DNA of 64,000 nucleotides from Candidatus Marinacidobacterales bacterium (lineage in GTDB: Bacteria; Acidobacteriota; Vicinamibacteria; Marinacidobacterales; SMYC01). Below, piece by piece: positions 1-11,089 of this stretch. Position 1 is the first letter of the stretch, and each line of letters begins with the position of its first letter. The notes beneath the pieces are model-generated. The model saw only the letters and a program-made list of their open reading frames with translations. It was not told the origin of the DNA and ran no database searches. Location of the stretch: the NCBI GenBank assembly GCA_965237955.1, contig OZ250169.1, positions 6,880,001-6,944,000 of the forward strand. Reading direction: 5' to 3'. The translations under genes and the position numbers were made by a program.

Positions 1-1303
1 TCACCACGCCGATAACAGCGAACCAACCGAGACCAGCGCGGATGACAGCAGCGAAGATGTACCACTTGGCGAGAAAGCCCGCGAACGGCGGGATGCCCAT
101 GAGCGAGAACAAGAAGATACCCATGACGAGCGTCAACATCGGTGCGCGCCGCCAGATGCCCGCGTAGTCTTTGATGTCGAAGCTGCCGACGTCGTTATGC
201 ACGACGATCACGACGAGGAACGCGCCGAGGTTCATGAACAGATAAACGAGCATGTAGGCGATCATCGCCTGGATGCCTTCGCCCGAGAGCACCACGGCAC
301 CCATCATGATGTAGCCGGCGTGCGCGATACTCGAATACGCCAAAAGACGTTTTAGATTCGTTTGTAGGAGTGCCGCGACGTTACCGAGGGTCATGGTGAT
401 GACGGAGATGCCCATGAGGATCGTCTGCCAATCGACGCTACCGACCATCACCCACGTGGCCCCTTCCCCGTCCGGGGACGCCAGGCCGCCGTAGAAGAAA
501 CGGATCAGCACGGCGAAGCCCGCGAGCTTCGGGCCTATTGACAAAAACGCGGTGACTGGAGTGGGCGCGCCGGTGTAGACGTCGGGACACCAGAAGTGAA
601 ACGGCACCGTGGCCATCTTGAAACCGATGCCCGCCAGGACGAGGACGATGATGACCATGAGCGCCGGACCAGAGCTCGCCACCACTTCCTGGCTCGAGAG
701 GGCGGTGCGGATGGCGTACAGGTCGAGGCTTCCGGTCAGCCCGTAGAGAAGCGACAACCCGAAGAGCATCGTTCCCGTCGACACCGCGCCGAATAAGATG
801 TATTTGAGCGACGCTTCGTTCGAGAGTCGGTCCGTCTTCAAATACCCGACCATCACGTAGGATGCGACCGACACCGTCTCGAGCGCGAGGTAGATCATCA
901 ACAAGTTGATCGAGTTGGCCATCCAAATGAGCGCCACCGTAACCGTGAGCAGGAGTACGAGAAGCTCGCCGTGATGGACCGGCCTGAGCTCGTTCGAGTG
1001 GAGCGTGAACAGCAGTATGAAGATCGAGGTGACGATGAAAAGAACGCGCAATACCTGCCCGAACCCATCGAACGCGACCATGTTGGAGAACAGTCCCGCC
1101 GATGGCGCATCCAGCGTCTGGAACGAGCAGAAGAGCGCGGCCACGAGGCCTACCAGCGATGGGAAGACGATGAGGACGCGACGTTCCCCGGGCGCCCGAT
1201 TCTTCGAGATCAAATCGAACACGAGCACGGCCATCAGCGTGAACACGAGCACGATTTCGGGCACGAAGTACTGCAAGCTGGAGATGGTATCGAGGCTCTC
1301 CAC
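1..1303 (-). CDS. nuoN: NADH-quinone oxidoreductase subunit N (3' end outside window)
   Basis: Manual translation from GTG at 1303 (RBS AAAGGA): MESLDTISSLQYFVPEIVL...YLALETVSVASY...EASLKYILFG...GFKMATVPFHFWCPDVYTGAPTPVTAFLS, typical NuoN motifs. Confidence 0.93.
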   Translation of the reverse strand, partial: MESLDTISSLQYFVPEIVLVFTLMAVLVFDLISKNRAPGERRVLIVFPSLVGLVAALFCSFQTLDAPSAGLFSNMVAFDGFGQVLRVLFIVTSIFILLFTLHSNELRPVHHGELLVLLLTVTVALIWMANSINLLMIYLALETVSVASYVMVGYLKTDRLSNEASLKYILFGAVSTGTMLFGLSLLYGLTGSLDLYAIRTALSSQEVVASSGPALMVIIVLVLAGIGFKMATVPFHFWCPDVYTGAPTPVTAFLSIGPKLAGFAVLIRFFYGGLASPDGEGATWVMVGSVDWQTILMGISVITMTLGNVAALLQTNLKRLLAYSSIAHAGYIMMGAVVLSGEGIQAMIAYMLVYLFMNLGAFLVVIVVHNDVGSFDIKDYAGIWRRAPMLTLVMGIFLFSLMGIPPFAGFLAKWYIFAAVIRAGLGWFAVIGVV

Positions 1304-1322
1304 GTTTTATCCTTTCAACCTG

Positions 1323-1628
1323 TCAACCTTTCAGGGCCGTAGCCTCATCGAGACTCACGTCCTTCAAGATCCGATAGAGGGACATGACGATCGCGAGCGC
1401 GACGGCCGCCTCACAGGCGGCGATCGCGATGACAAAGAGAGCAAAGACCTGCCCCTCGGTATCTCCGGTGACGAACCTCGAAAAGGCCACCAGGTTGATG
1501 TTGGCCGAGTTGAAGATGAGCTCGATCGCCATCAACACGTTGATGGCGTTTTTTCTCGTGAGCATGCCATACAGGCCGAGCGAGAATAGAGCCGCAGCCA
1601 CGATCAAATAGTGCTCGAGGGGTATCAC
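1323..1628 (-). CDS. nuoK: NADH-quinone oxidoreductase subunit K
   Basis: C-terminal 101 aa of ORF 1323..2159 (LMAIELIFNSANINLVAF, AACEAAVALAI); GTG overlaps nuoJ stop. Confidence 0.95.
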   Translation of the reverse strand: MIPLEHYLIVAAALFSLGLYGMLTRKNAINVLMAIELIFNSANINLVAFSRFVTGDTEGQVFALFVIAIAACEAAVALAIVMSLYRILKDVSLDEATALKG

Positions 1629-2134
1629 AGGTCCGTCCTCCGTCGCACGAGCATCGCGGCGCCGAGGAGTGCTACCAAAAGCAGCACCGAGGCGACCTCG
1701 AACGGCAGCACATACTCCGTCATCAGCGAGCGACCGATCGTCGCCGTCGTCGGCCCGTCCCCGCGGGGGATCGCCGTCTGACTCCACGGTGTGCGCGTAA
1801 TGACGGTGGTCAACAACACGAACACCGTGAGCGAGACCAACGCGCCAGGGACGACCTGAAACGTCGACGTGCTCAAATTCAGATTGTAGATGCGGTTCGT
1901 CAGCATCACGCCGAACAGAATCAGCGTCAAGATCCCGCCGACGTAGATGAGAACTTGCGCACCCGCGAGAAAATCGGCGCCGAGCATGGCGTAGAAAACC
2001 GCGACGCTGAAAAACGTCGCCAGAAGCGCGAACGCCGAGCGCACCAGGTTCTTGCCGTGAACCACGAAGACGGCGGAACCGAGCATCAGCACCGCGAAGA
2101 CCCAGAAGATGATTTGGGGGGCGAGGGTTTCCAT
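1625..2134 (-). CDS. nuoJ: NADH-quinone oxidoreductase subunit J
   Basis: AQVLIYVGGILTLILFGVML, YVLPFEVASVLLLVALLGA. Confidence 0.95.
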   Translation of the reverse strand: METLAPQIIFWVFAVLMLGSAVFVVHGKNLVRSAFALLATFFSVAVFYAMLGADFLAGAQVLIYVGGILTLILFGVMLTNRIYNLNLSTSTFQVVPGALVSLTVFVLLTTVITRTPWSQTAIPRGDGPTTATIGRSLMTEYVLPFEVASVLLLVALLGAAMLVRRRTDL

Positions 2135-2139
2135 CGGTT

Positions 2140-2688
2140 CTAGCTTCCTCCCACCGCAACGGGTTCGGCCTTTTCCTCTTGCGGCGGCTCAGGCGGCGAT
2201 GGTTTCTCCTTGGCGAAGCGGTAGAGGAAATCGCTCTTGACGGTCTCGGCGAACTCGTACTCCGGCGTCATCACGATGCAGTCGGTGGGGCACGGGTAGA
2301 CGCAAAGATTGCAATAGCAGCAAAGCGACATGTCGATGTCGAACTGCACCACCTTCAGTTTGATGGCAGTTCCGTCGGCAGCGAAGATCGGCGCCTCGGT
2401 CTTCACCCGTTTCTCGTTCGTGATGTCGATGCAATCCACCGGGCAAACTTTCTCGCACTGCTTGCAGCCGATGCAGTCCTCGATCTTCACGTGCAGCCGC
2501 ATCCGCGAACGATCGCTCAAAAGACCTTTGGGCACGATATCGCCGGCGGATTCCCAGCGCTCTTCGGGGAGCTCATCGGACGTATATTGCTGGGTGATGT
2601 TAGGCATAAACAGGTGCGCGAACGTGACCCACATCCCCTTGGTGATCGTCTCGATGGCTGCCCAGAGATCTCCGAAATACTCTTTCAT
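2140..2688 (-). CDS. nuoI: NADH-quinone oxidoreductase subunit I (2x[4Fe-4S])
   Basis: CIGCKQCEKVCP and CCYCNLCVYPCP motifs; operon position. Confidence 0.93.
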   Translation of the reverse strand: MKEYFGDLWAAIETITKGMWVTFAHLFMPNITQQYTSDELPEERWESAGDIVPKGLLSDRSRMRLHVKIEDCIGCKQCEKVCPVDCIDITNEKRVKTEAPIFAADGTAIKLKVVQFDIDMSLCCYCNLCVYPCPTDCIVMTPEYEFAETVKSDFLYRFAKEKPSPPEPPQEEKAEPVAVGGS

Positions 2689-2699
2689 CAGCTAGCCTT

Positions 2700-3839
2700 T
2701 CAGCTCCGAGCAACACCAATGAACGCGACCGCGACCAGGACGACGAACGCGATCGGGATCAGGTACTTCCAGCAAACCGCCATCATCTGATCGACCCGAA
2801 GCCTGGGAAGTGTCCACCGAAGCCACATTTGCACGAACACCAAAATCAACGTCTTGATGAAGAACGTAAGCGGCCCATCGAAAAACGGACCGACCCAGCC
2901 ACCGAGGAAGAGCACGACGGCGAGACCGGCAACGAGGAACATCGCCGCGTACTCCGCGAGGAAGAACATCGCGAAGCGTATCCCGCTGTACTCGGTGTGG
3001 AAGCCGGCGACGAGCTCGGATTCCGCCTCGGGGATGTCGAAGGGGTTGCGGTTCGTCTCCGCCAGACCACAGATAAAGAACATCACGAACGCGATCAGGT
3101 TCAGCGGGAACATCCGCGTCAGAAACCAGCGGTGCTCGCCCCAGACACCGTCCCTCTGTTCTGTGATGACCTCCTGCAAGTCCAAGCTTCCAACCTGGGT
3201 AACGACCGCGAGGATGATGATCGCGGTCGGGATTTCGTAGCTGACCATCTGGGCGGCCGAGCGCATCCCGCCGAAGAGCGCGTACTTGTTGTTAGACGCC
3301 CAACCCGCCATGAGGATGCCGATCGCCCCGAACGACGTGATCGCAATGATATAGAGAAGCCCGATGTTGAGATCCGAGACCACGAGACCGTCGCCCCAGG
3401 GTAAAACGGCGAAGCCCGCGAACGCCCCCATCACCACGATGAACGGCGCGAGCTTGAACAGGAAGCGATCGGCGCCGGTGACGATGATGTCTTCTTTGAA
3501 GACCAGCTTGAGGCCATCGGCGAAGCTCTGGAGTACGCCGTGCCAGCCCACCCGCATGGGACCGAGACGGTCCTGGATGTGCGCCGCCACCTTGCGCTCG
3601 AACCAGATCAAGAAGATTGGAAGCTGGGTGATGAGAAAAACGATCGCCCCCACGCCGAGGGCGGCAGCGACGACGGCCGCCATCGTGGCCGACAGGTTCG
3701 CTTGGAGCTGTTCGTTGATGAACGCCGCGATCTGCGGGACGAAGAAGATGACGACGAGCGCGACGAGCGCGCCGGCGATGACGATCGCCGACAGGAAGTT
3801 GGAGATGGTTGCTTCGAGTGCCGGTCGTTGCAAACCCAT
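2700..3839 (-). CDS. nuoH: NADH-quinone oxidoreductase subunit H
   Basis: ERKVAAHIQDRLGPMRVG, AETNRNPFDIPEAESELVAGFHTEYSG. Confidence 0.96.
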   Translation of the reverse strand: MGLQRPALEATISNFLSAIVIAGALVALVVIFFVPQIAAFINEQLQANLSATMAAVVAAALGVGAIVFLITQLPIFLIWFERKVAAHIQDRLGPMRVGWHGVLQSFADGLKLVFKEDIIVTGADRFLFKLAPFIVVMGAFAGFAVLPWGDGLVVSDLNIGLLYIIAITSFGAIGILMAGWASNNKYALFGGMRSAAQMVSYEIPTAIIILAVVTQVGSLDLQEVITEQRDGVWGEHRWFLTRMFPLNLIAFVMFFICGLAETNRNPFDIPEAESELVAGFHTEYSGIRFAMFFLAEYAAMFLVAGLAVVLFLGGWVGPFFDGPLTFFIKTLILVFVQMWLRWTLPRLRVDQMMAVCWKYLIPIAFVVLVAVAFIGVARS

Positions 3840-5017
3840 CAGCGATCAATCTCCCCGAGAACGATGTCGAGGCTCCCGATGATGGCAACCATGTCCGCGA
3901 TCATCTCTCCCTTCGCGAGCTCGTGGAAAAGACTCATCGCAACGAAGCACGGCGAGCGTCCTTTGACTCGATACGGTATGAGGCTTCCGTCGCTCACGAC
4001 GTAGAAACCGAGCTCCCCGCGAGGCGCTTCCGTGCGCCCGTACGCCTCGCCCGGCTTCGGCTTCACGCGCTTGGGAACGGCTTCGCGCACATCGTCTTCG
4101 GCGGGCATTTTCTCGATCGCCTGGCGGGTGATGCGGACCGACTGGCGCATCTCTTCCACCCGGACGTAGTACCGGTCCCAACACGAGCCGATGGGTCCAT
4201 AACGACCCTGACCTATTGGAGTATCGAACTCGTACTTCTCGTACCCGCAGTAGGGTTCTTCCTTGCGAACGTCCCACTTGATGCCCGAGCCTCTGAGGTT
4301 CGGTCCGGTGAGCGCGTAACTGACTGCAAGCTCGGGTGGGATGATCCCGACGTCCGCGGTGCGTTTGGTGAAGATTTTGTTGTAGCTCAGAAGCTCGTCG
4401 AGCTCGTCGATGACGGGCTCGAACTGATCGAGGAACACCAGCGCCCGGTCGGTCCAAGTGTCGGGAAGATCGTGCGACAGCCCACCGATCCAGTTGTAGT
4501 TGTAGAGAAGCCTGGCGCCGCAGAGCCACTCGAACAGATCGAGAACTTTCTCCCGCTCGCGAAAGCAATGGAGAAACGGCGTGAACGCACCGATGTCCAA
4601 GCCGTAGGTGCCGATGGCGAGTAGGTGCGATGCGATCCTCTGAAGCTCGGCTGTGATGACGCGGATCGCCTGGACGCGCTCGTTAAGCTCGATGCCCATG
4701 AGCTTTTCGACGGCCACGGCGTAGGTGAGGCTGTTGTTCATCGAGCCCACGTAATCCATGCGGTCGGCGAACGGGATGACGCCCTGGTAGTCGATGTTCT
4801 CCGCGTGCTTTTCGAAGTTCCGATGCAGGTAGCCGATGTGCGGTCGAGCGTCTTTGACGATCTCTCCGTCGGTCTTGAGCTCGATGCGCAGCACGCCGTG
4901 GGTCGACGGATGCTGCGGCCCCATGTTGAGGATCATCTCGCCTTCTTCGAGATCCTCGGGCTTGAAAAAGTACGCCTCGTCCGGCTCCAAGTCCTTGTAT
5001 TGGGTTTGGGTGCTCAT
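3839..5017 (-). CDS. nuoD: NADH-quinone oxidoreductase subunit D
   Basis: NMGPQHPSTHGVLR, GYLHRNFEK, C-terminal DIVLGEIDR. Confidence 0.97.
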   Translation of the reverse strand: MSTQTQYKDLEPDEAYFFKPEDLEEGEMILNMGPQHPSTHGVLRIELKTDGEIVKDARPHIGYLHRNFEKHAENIDYQGVIPFADRMDYVGSMNNSLTYAVAVEKLMGIELNERVQAIRVITAELQRIASHLLAIGTYGLDIGAFTPFLHCFREREKVLDLFEWLCGARLLYNYNWIGGLSHDLPDTWTDRALVFLDQFEPVIDELDELLSYNKIFTKRTADVGIIPPELAVSYALTGPNLRGSGIKWDVRKEEPYCGYEKYEFDTPIGQGRYGPIGSCWDRYYVRVEEMRQSVRITRQAIEKMPAEDDVREAVPKRVKPKPGEAYGRTEAPRGELGFYVVSDGSLIPYRVKGRSPCFVAMSLFHELAKGEMIADMVAIIGSLDIVLGEIDR

Positions 5018-5033
5018 TGTCCGGCCTCAGCTC

Positions 5034-5594
5034 TCAGTCGAACGGTCCTACACCGATGTTCTCGCCCTGCTGCGCGCGTTCCGAAAACTTCTCGTCGGGC
5101 TTGACTGGGATGCCGTGCCACTCGTCGGGCCACTCCCAATCTTTGCGAAGAGGATGTCCGGCCCAGTCTTCCGGAAGGAAGATGCGACGCAAATCGCTGT
5201 GGCCGACGAACTCGATGCCGAACAGGTCGTACGCCTCGCGTTCGTGCCAGTTCGCGGTCGGCCACACGCCTTCGAGCGTCGGCATCTTCGGTTTGTCGCG
5301 CGGCAAGATGACTTTCAACACGATCCAGTGACGGTGCTTGAGCGACGTCAGGTGAAGGACGACCTCGATCCGCGAGCTCTCCGGCTCCTTCTCGCTGAGG
5401 TAGTCCACTGCGGCGTGGCAGTGCAACATGTCGAACGCGAGCTCGGGCTCGTCGCGAAGATAGGTCGCGACGTCGACGATGGCGCCGGCATCGATGACGA
5501 GGAACGGATCCGGAACCTCGAGCTCGGCCCTGGTGATTTTCGCGGGAAACTTTTGCTCGATTTTTTTCTGAACGGCGGCAGCGTCGAGGCTCAA
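5034..5594 (-). CDS. nuoC: NADH-quinone oxidoreductase subunit C
   Basis: [39 protein letters not shown]. Confidence 0.96.
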   Translation of the reverse strand: MSLDAAAVQKKIEQKFPAKITRAELEVPDPFLVIDAGAIVDVATYLRDEPELAFDMLHCHAAVDYLSEKEPESSRIEVVLHLTSLKHRHWIVLKVILPRDKPKMPTLEGVWPTANWHEREAYDLFGIEFVGHSDLRRIFLPEDWAGHPLRKDWEWPDEWHGIPVKPDEKFSERAQQGENIGVGPFD

Positions 5595-6118
5595 ACAGGC
5601 ACCTCCTCCGTTACCGGCTTCTTCCGGCCTTCACGAGGATCGTCCATGAGTGAGCGTTCACGGATGACGTCCTGGAGCGCCATCACGCCGTAGAGAAGGG
5701 CTTCGGGCCGAGGCGGGCAACCGGGAACGTAGACGTCGACGGGAATGATCAGATCCACGCCCTTGACGACGTGGTAGCCGTACTGCCAGTAAGGACCACC
5801 GTTATTGGCGCAGCTCCCCATAGAAATGACGTACTTGGGTTCGGCCATCTGCTCGTAGAGGCGCTTGATACGGATCGCCATCTTGTGAGTCACCGTGCCC
5901 GCTACGATCATCAAGTCGGACTGGCGCGGGGTGGCGCGGGGGATGAGACCGAATCGATCCCAGTCGAAGCGGCTCGCACCCGCCGCCATCATCTCGATGG
6001 CGCAACAGGCCAAGCCGAACACCATCGGCCAAATGGCCGATTGGCGCGCCCAGTTCACGACGCTGTCCACCCGGGTGAGAACGAACTGTTGGTTGTCGAG
6101 GGATTTGATGAGATCCAT
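5591..6118 (-). CDS. nuoB: NADH-quinone oxidoreductase subunit B
   Basis: [24 protein letters not shown]. Confidence 0.97.
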   Translation of the reverse strand: MDLIKSLDNQQFVLTRVDSVVNWARQSAIWPMVFGLACCAIEMMAAGASRFDWDRFGLIPRATPRQSDLMIVAGTVTHKMAIRIKRLYEQMAEPKYVISMGSCANNGGPYWQYGYHVVKGVDLIIPVDVYVPGCPPRPEALLYGVMALQDVIRERSLMDDPREGRKKPVTEEVPV

Positions 6119-6136
6119 GTCGCTCCTTCGCGCTTT

Positions 6137-6547
6137 CTAGGCGGCTTTCACGTTTCCGGAGGTTGCTTTGAGGGCGGTGCGCTCTTCTTCGCGCACCCAC
6201 TCGAGATCGCCTTTGCGCCACACGTCGGCGAGTCCGAGCATGAGCATGCCAATAAAGATGAACCCGGCGATGAGCGCGGGCATGCCGAGCTCCTTGACTA
6301 CGACCGCCCACGGTATGAGCATGACCGCTTCTACATCGAAGATGAGAAACACGAGCGCGAAAACGTAAAAGCGAATGTTGAACTGAACCCCCCAGGGTGT
6401 ACCGACAGGGTTCTCGCCGCACTCATAGGGAAGGACTTTCTCGCGGGTCGGATTGTGCGGTCGCACGAGGCTGGACCCGATCACGGCGCCTCCCACGACC
6501 AGCGCGCCCACCGCGAGGAACATCAAGATCCCAATGTATTCGATCAT
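6137..6547 (-). CDS. nuoA: NADH-quinone oxidoreductase subunit A
   Basis: PYECG, RFYVFALVFLIFDVEA, WRKGDLEW. Confidence 0.96.
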   Translation of the reverse strand: MIEYIGILMFLAVGALVVGGAVIGSSLVRPHNPTREKVLPYECGENPVGTPWGVQFNIRFYVFALVFLIFDVEAVMLIPWAVVVKELGMPALIAGFIFIGMLMLGLADVWRKGDLEWVREEERTALKATSGNVKAA

Positions 6548-6694
6548 CTCTTTAGACCCTCACCGAACGAATCCAAACAACCATTATTTCAGTGGGCCGG
6601 GTAGGCTGCAACAGGCAGCGGCTGAAACGAAAAAGTCTTTTGATTACAACGAATTCAAAGCGCCAATGCGCTTTTGTGGCCATACAAGTCGGGT

Positions 6695-6723
6695 ATTATA
6701 GCGATGGGCCCGAGAGGCGGCAA
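6695..6723 (-). promoter_or_regulatory. sigma70-type promoter of nuo operon
   Basis: Minus strand TTGCCG-N17-TATAAT about 150 bp upstream of nuoA. Confidence 0.6.
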
Positions 6724-7041
6724 GCCAAAAAAATCAGTCGTTTGGCGCGATGGTCTTGGCTCGAAACTTCTTCTCGCGGGTGAGCTCGACCGTTTGGAGC
6801 CTTTCGTACAAAGCTAGGCGCACCTCTTTTCACGGCGTGCGCGGCCGCCCGGCCCGTCATCGCCCACCTGTAGGCGCACCCGTGTGCGCGGACTTAAAGT
6901 GTTACTTGAATTGACTCGGTCCAGACGGGGAGTCCACCGCCTCCTTTCCCGGTGCTGAATTGGAAAGAAAAGCTCACCGGTAGAGAATGCGGAGGGAGAG
7001 GACAGTTGAGGGGGAAAGTGTGAGTAGACTTACCTTCCCGG

Positions 7042-8043
7042 CTAGCTCAGTTCCGCAATGACTGCGTCGGCGTACTCTTGCGTCGATGCTTGACCGCCGA
7101 GGTCCGGCGTGCGCACCTTTCCCGCCTCGAGGACGCGGAACGTCGCTTGGAGGATACGGTCCGCCGCTTCGTCTTCACCCAGGTGCCGCAACATGAGAAC
7201 ACCCGAGAACGTGAGCGCGGTGGGATTCGCGATTCCCTTTCCGGCGATATCGGGTGCGGAGCCATAGACCGCCTCGAACACCGCGTAGTCTTCTCCGATG
7301 TTCGCCGCGGGCACCATGCCGAGGCCGCCGACCAGGCCTGCGCACAGGTCGGAGACGATGTCACCGTAGAGATTCGACAACAGCAACACGTCGAACTGGT
7401 TCGGGTTCAACACGAGCTGCATCGCGAGGTTGTCGACGATCTTGTCGTCGAACTCGATACCGGGGTAGTCTTCGGAAACTTGGCGCGCTCTCTCGAGAAA
7501 GAGCCCGTCGGTGATCTTCATGATGTTGGCTTTGTGAACGGCGGTGACTTTCTTGCGCCCGCGCTTTTTCGCGTAGTCGAAGGCGAAGCGCGCGATGCGA
7601 TTCGACGCGTGCGCGGTGATGACTTTCAAGCCCTGACTGACGCCGGGCATGATCATGTGCTCGATGCCCGAGTACAGGTCCTCGGTGTTCTCGCGGACGA
7701 TGACGAGGTTGATTCCCTCGAAGCGGGACTCGACACCAGAAACGGTCTTCACCGGCCTCAAGTTCGAGTAGAGGTCGAGCTCTTTTCGGAGTGCCACGTT
7801 GGCACTCGGGAAACCTTCGCCGACGAGTGTGGTGAGCGGGCCTTTGAACGCGACTTTGTTCTCTCGAATAGAATCGAGAAGCGACGGCGGCAACGGGTTG
7901 CCGGTCTTCTCGTAGGTGCGAATTCCCGCCTCGTGCTCGATCCATTCGCAGTCTACGCCGCTCGCATCGATGATGCGCGTTGCCGCTTTCGAGATCTCGG
8001 GACCGATCCCATCGCCAGGGATCAACGTGATCTTGTACGTCAT
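7042..8043 (-). CDS. icd: Isocitrate/isopropylmalate dehydrogenase family, likely NAD-dependent isocitrate dehydrogenase
   Basis: IPGDGIGPEI, VRENTEDLYSG, VHKANIMKITDGLF, NLYGDIVSDL, GSAPDIAGKGIANP. Confidence 0.85.
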   Translation of the reverse strand: MTYKITLIPGDGIGPEISKAATRIIDASGVDCEWIEHEAGIRTYEKTGNPLPPSLLDSIRENKVAFKGPLTTLVGEGFPSANVALRKELDLYSNLRPVKTVSGVESRFEGINLVIVRENTEDLYSGIEHMIMPGVSQGLKVITAHASNRIARFAFDYAKKRGRKKVTAVHKANIMKITDGLFLERARQVSEDYPGIEFDDKIVDNLAMQLVLNPNQFDVLLLSNLYGDIVSDLCAGLVGGLGMVPAANIGEDYAVFEAVYGSAPDIAGKGIANPTALTFSGVLMLRHLGEDEAADRILQATFRVLEAGKVRTPDLGGQASTQEYADAVIAELS

Positions 8044-8081
8044 CGCCGTAAAAGTCTAACACGTTGTAAAATGCTAACCGG

Positions 8082-8798
8082 ATGAAGCTCACCGTCATCG
8101 TGCCCACGTTGAACGAAGCGGCGCATCTCGCGGCGTCGCTTTCTTCGCTTCCGCGAGAGGCGGAAGTCGTCGTTGCCGACGGCGGTAGTGTCGACGAAAC
8201 GATCTCGATGGCGACGCGCTCCGGTACCCGCGTCGTCACTGGCAGCAGGGGTCGCGCTTTACAGATGAACCGGGGCGCCGACGCCGCGCGCGGCGACACG
8301 CTACTCTTTCTGCACGCGGACTGCACGCTGGGCCCGGACGCTTACGACCAAATCCAAACTGAGCTCGACAACGACGACGTGGTAGGAGGCTCGTTCCGTA
8401 TGTCCATCCGCGACGCGAGCTGGGGCCTCAAATGGATCGCGGCAACCTCGAACGCCCGGGCGCGTTACCTACAGACGCCCTACGGCGATCAGGCGCTCTT
8501 CGTCCGACGAAGCGCGTTCGAGAAGCTCGGAGGCTTTCCCGACATTCCTTTCATGGAAGATGTCGCTCTCGTGCGAAAGCTCAAGCGTCTCGGGAAGCTC
8601 GTCTGTGTGGACGAAACCGTCACCACCGGCGCGCGCCACTGGAAACAACTGGGCCCTATGCGCACAACATTATTGAATTGGTCGATGGTAACGCTCTACC
8701 TGCTAGGGGTCCCCGCACAAAGATTGGAACCGTACTATCGCCGATTGCGTACGACCGCCTCGGCCGCGAAACCTGAAAAGGTGTTGTCGTCCTCGTGA
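8082..8798 (+). CDS. GT2 glycosyltransferase (TIGR04283-like)
   Basis: VIVPTLNEA, VVADGGS, GRALQMNRGA, FLHAD, PYGDQALF, FMEDV. Confidence 0.88.
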   Translation: MKLTVIVPTLNEAAHLAASLSSLPREAEVVVADGGSVDETISMATRSGTRVVTGSRGRALQMNRGADAARGDTLLFLHADCTLGPDAYDQIQTELDNDDVVGGSFRMSIRDASWGLKWIAATSNARARYLQTPYGDQALFVRRSAFEKLGGFPDIPFMEDVALVRKLKRLGKLVCVDETVTTGARHWKQLGPMRTTLLNWSMVTLYLLGVPAQRLEPYYRRLRTTASAAKPEKVLSSS

Positions 8799-8801
8799 TC
8801 T

Positions 8802-8833
8802 AGCTTCCAGCTTCCAGTCACCAGCTGGAAGCT
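8802..8833. terminator. Heptamer-derived hairpin between convergent genes
   Basis: AGCTTCCAGC...GCTGGAAGCT inverted repeat. Confidence 0.4.
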
Positions 8834-8836
8834 GCC

Positions 8837-11089
8837 TCATTCAGAATTCTGAGCATCCACTGCTGCGATCGCGGCCATGTCGATGATCTCGTCGACTTCG
8901 GCGCCTCGTTGTAGCACGTGGACGGGCTTGTTCAGCCCGACGAGGATCGGGCCCACGGCCTCGGCGTCGGCTAGCCGCTGGATGAGCTTGTAGGCGATGT
9001 TGCCCGCTTCGAGGCAAGGAAACACGAGAACGTTTGCGGCTCGCTGCAAACGGCTGAAAGGGTACGTTTCAGCGAGGATCTCGTCGACCACCGCCGTATC
9101 CGCTTGCATTTCGCCGTCCACTTCGAGCTCGGGCGCTCGCTCGCGGACCATCTCGGTCGCACGGCGCACTCTCTCCGACAGCGGGTGCTTGGTGCTCCCG
9201 AAATTCGAGAACGACAGCATCGCGATGCGCGGTTCGACGTTGAATCGCTTCGCCACCTCGGCCGTCTGGATTGCGATATCCGCGAGCTCTTCGGCGGTAG
9301 GTTCGATGATGACGGTCGTATCCGCGAAGAACTTGACGTCGTTCTTGAACACCATCATGTAGACACCCGCGACCCGGGCTCCCGTCTTGACTCGAATGAC
9401 TTGCAGCGCCGGCCGGATCGTGTCCGGGTAGTGTTGGGTCAGCCCCGCGACCATCGCATCCGCGTCACCGCGGTGCACCATCATCGAGCCGAACATGTTC
9501 GGGTTGTGAAGAAGCGCCGGGGTTTCACTTCGGGTCACACCACGACGGTTGCGAACCTCGTAGAGCTCCTCGGCGTAGTCATCGAGCTTGTCGGAGTCGG
9601 TGGGATTGATGAACTCCATGCCGGCGGGATCGATCGCGAGCTCGTCGATTTTTTTCTCGATGACATCGCGCCTGCCGAGCAGAATCGGCGAGGCGATGCC
9701 TTCGTCCACGAGATGTTGCGCCGCACGCAGGATCTTGACCTCCTCGCCTTCGGGAAAGACGATGCGCTTGGTTTCCTGCTTCGCACGACCGATGACGGCG
9801 CGCATGACCGCCCGGTCTCGACCGAGGCGTGATTCGAGTTTTTCCGGGTACGCGTCGATATCGATCTCGGTGCGAGCCACGCCCGTCTCCATGGCCGCTT
9901 TCGCTACCGCCGGAGCCTCCCACGTCAGAACCCGCGGATCGAACGGCGTGGGGATGATGTAGCTCGGCCCGAACTGCATCGCGGCATTCTCAGCGCCGTA
10001 GGCCTTGATGACGACCTCGGGAACGTCCTCCTTCGCCAGATCGGCGAGCGCGTGGGTGGCGGCGAGTTTCATTTCCATGTTGATCGCCCGGGCACGGACA
10101 TCGAGCGCGCCCCGGAAGATGAACGGAAAGCCGAGCACGTTGTTGACCTGGTTAGGGAAATCCGAACGGCCGGTCGCCATGATCACGTCGTCCCGTACCG
10201 ACATGGCGTCTTCCCAGCTGATCTCTGGATCGGGATTGGCGAGCGCCATCACCAACGGCTTTTCCGCCATCGAGGCCACCATGTCCTTGCTGACGGCGTC
10301 TTTCACCGATAGCCCCATGAACGCGTCAGCGTTTTCGAGCGCTTCACCGAGCGATCGGAACTTCGTGTTCACTGCATAACGCTCCTTGTACGGATTCATA
10401 CCCTCCATACGCCCTTTGTAAATGACGCCCTTGGAGTCGCACATAATAATGTTGTCGTGCTGGATTCCGAGATTCTCGGCGAGCTCTGCCGAGGCCACGC
10501 CGCCCGCCCCGGCGCCGTTGATGACGAGCTTCACTTTCGCAGGATCCTTCCCCGCGATCTCGAACCAATTCAGAAGCGCCGCCCCGCAGATGATAGAGGT
10601 TCCGTGCTGGTCGTCGTGGAACACCGGGATGTCCATCTCTTTCTTGAGGGTCTCTTCGATATAGAAGCAGTCCGGCGCTTTGATGTCTTCGAGGTTGATG
10701 CCACCGAACGTCGGCTCGAGTGCTTTGACGACGCGAATGAGATCGTCGGGATCGCGCGCGTCGAGCTCGATGTCGAACACGTCGATATCGGCGAACGTCT
10801 TGAAGAGAACACCCTTGCCTTCCATGACGGGTTTCGCCGCCATAGGGCCGATGTTGCCGAGTCCGAGCACGGCGGTCCCGTTGGTCACGACTGCCACAAG
10901 ATTGCTTTTGGTCGTGTACGTAAACACGTCTTCCGGGTTCGACTTGATCTCAAGGCAGGGCTCGGCGACGCCGGGGCTGTACGCCAACCCCAGATCGCGC
11001 TGGGTACGCGTGGGTTTCGTCGCTCGGATTTCGATTTTCCCCGGACGGCCGCCGGAGTGGTAGTCGAGTGCGTCTTGTTTTCGGATCAT
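8837..11089 (-). CDS. maeB: NADP-dependent malic enzyme with phosphotransacetylase-like domain
   Basis: [44 protein letters not shown]-terminal PTA domain (DGEMQAD); 750 aa. Confidence 0.96.
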   Translation of the reverse strand: MIRKQDALDYHSGGRPGKIEIRATKPTRTQRDLGLAYSPGVAEPCLEIKSNPEDVFTYTTKSNLVAVVTNGTAVLGLGNIGPMAAKPVMEGKGVLFKTFADIDVFDIELDARDPDDLIRVVKALEPTFGGINLEDIKAPDCFYIEETLKKEMDIPVFHDDQHGTSIICGAALLNWFEIAGKDPAKVKLVINGAGAGGVASAELAENLGIQHDNIIMCDSKGVIYKGRMEGMNPYKERYAVNTKFRSLGEALENADAFMGLSVKDAVSKDMVASMAEKPLVMALANPDPEISWEDAMSVRDDVIMATGRSDFPNQVNNVLGFPFIFRGALDVRARAINMEMKLAATHALADLAKEDVPEVVIKAYGAENAAMQFGPSYIIPTPFDPRVLTWEAPAVAKAAMETGVARTEIDIDAYPEKLESRLGRDRAVMRAVIGRAKQETKRIVFPEGEEVKILRAAQHLVDEGIASPILLGRRDVIEKKIDELAIDPAGMEFINPTDSDKLDDYAEELYEVRNRRGVTRSETPALLHNPNMFGSMMVHRGDADAMVAGLTQHYPDTIRPALQVIRVKTGARVAGVYMMVFKNDVKFFADTTVIIEPTAEELADIAIQTAEVAKRFNVEPRIAMLSFSNFGSTKHPLSERVRRATEMVRERAPELEVDGEMQADTAVVDEILAETYPFSRLQRAANVLVFPCLEAGNIAYKLIQRLADAEAVGPILVGLNKPVHVLQRGAEVDEIIDMAAIAAVDAQNSE

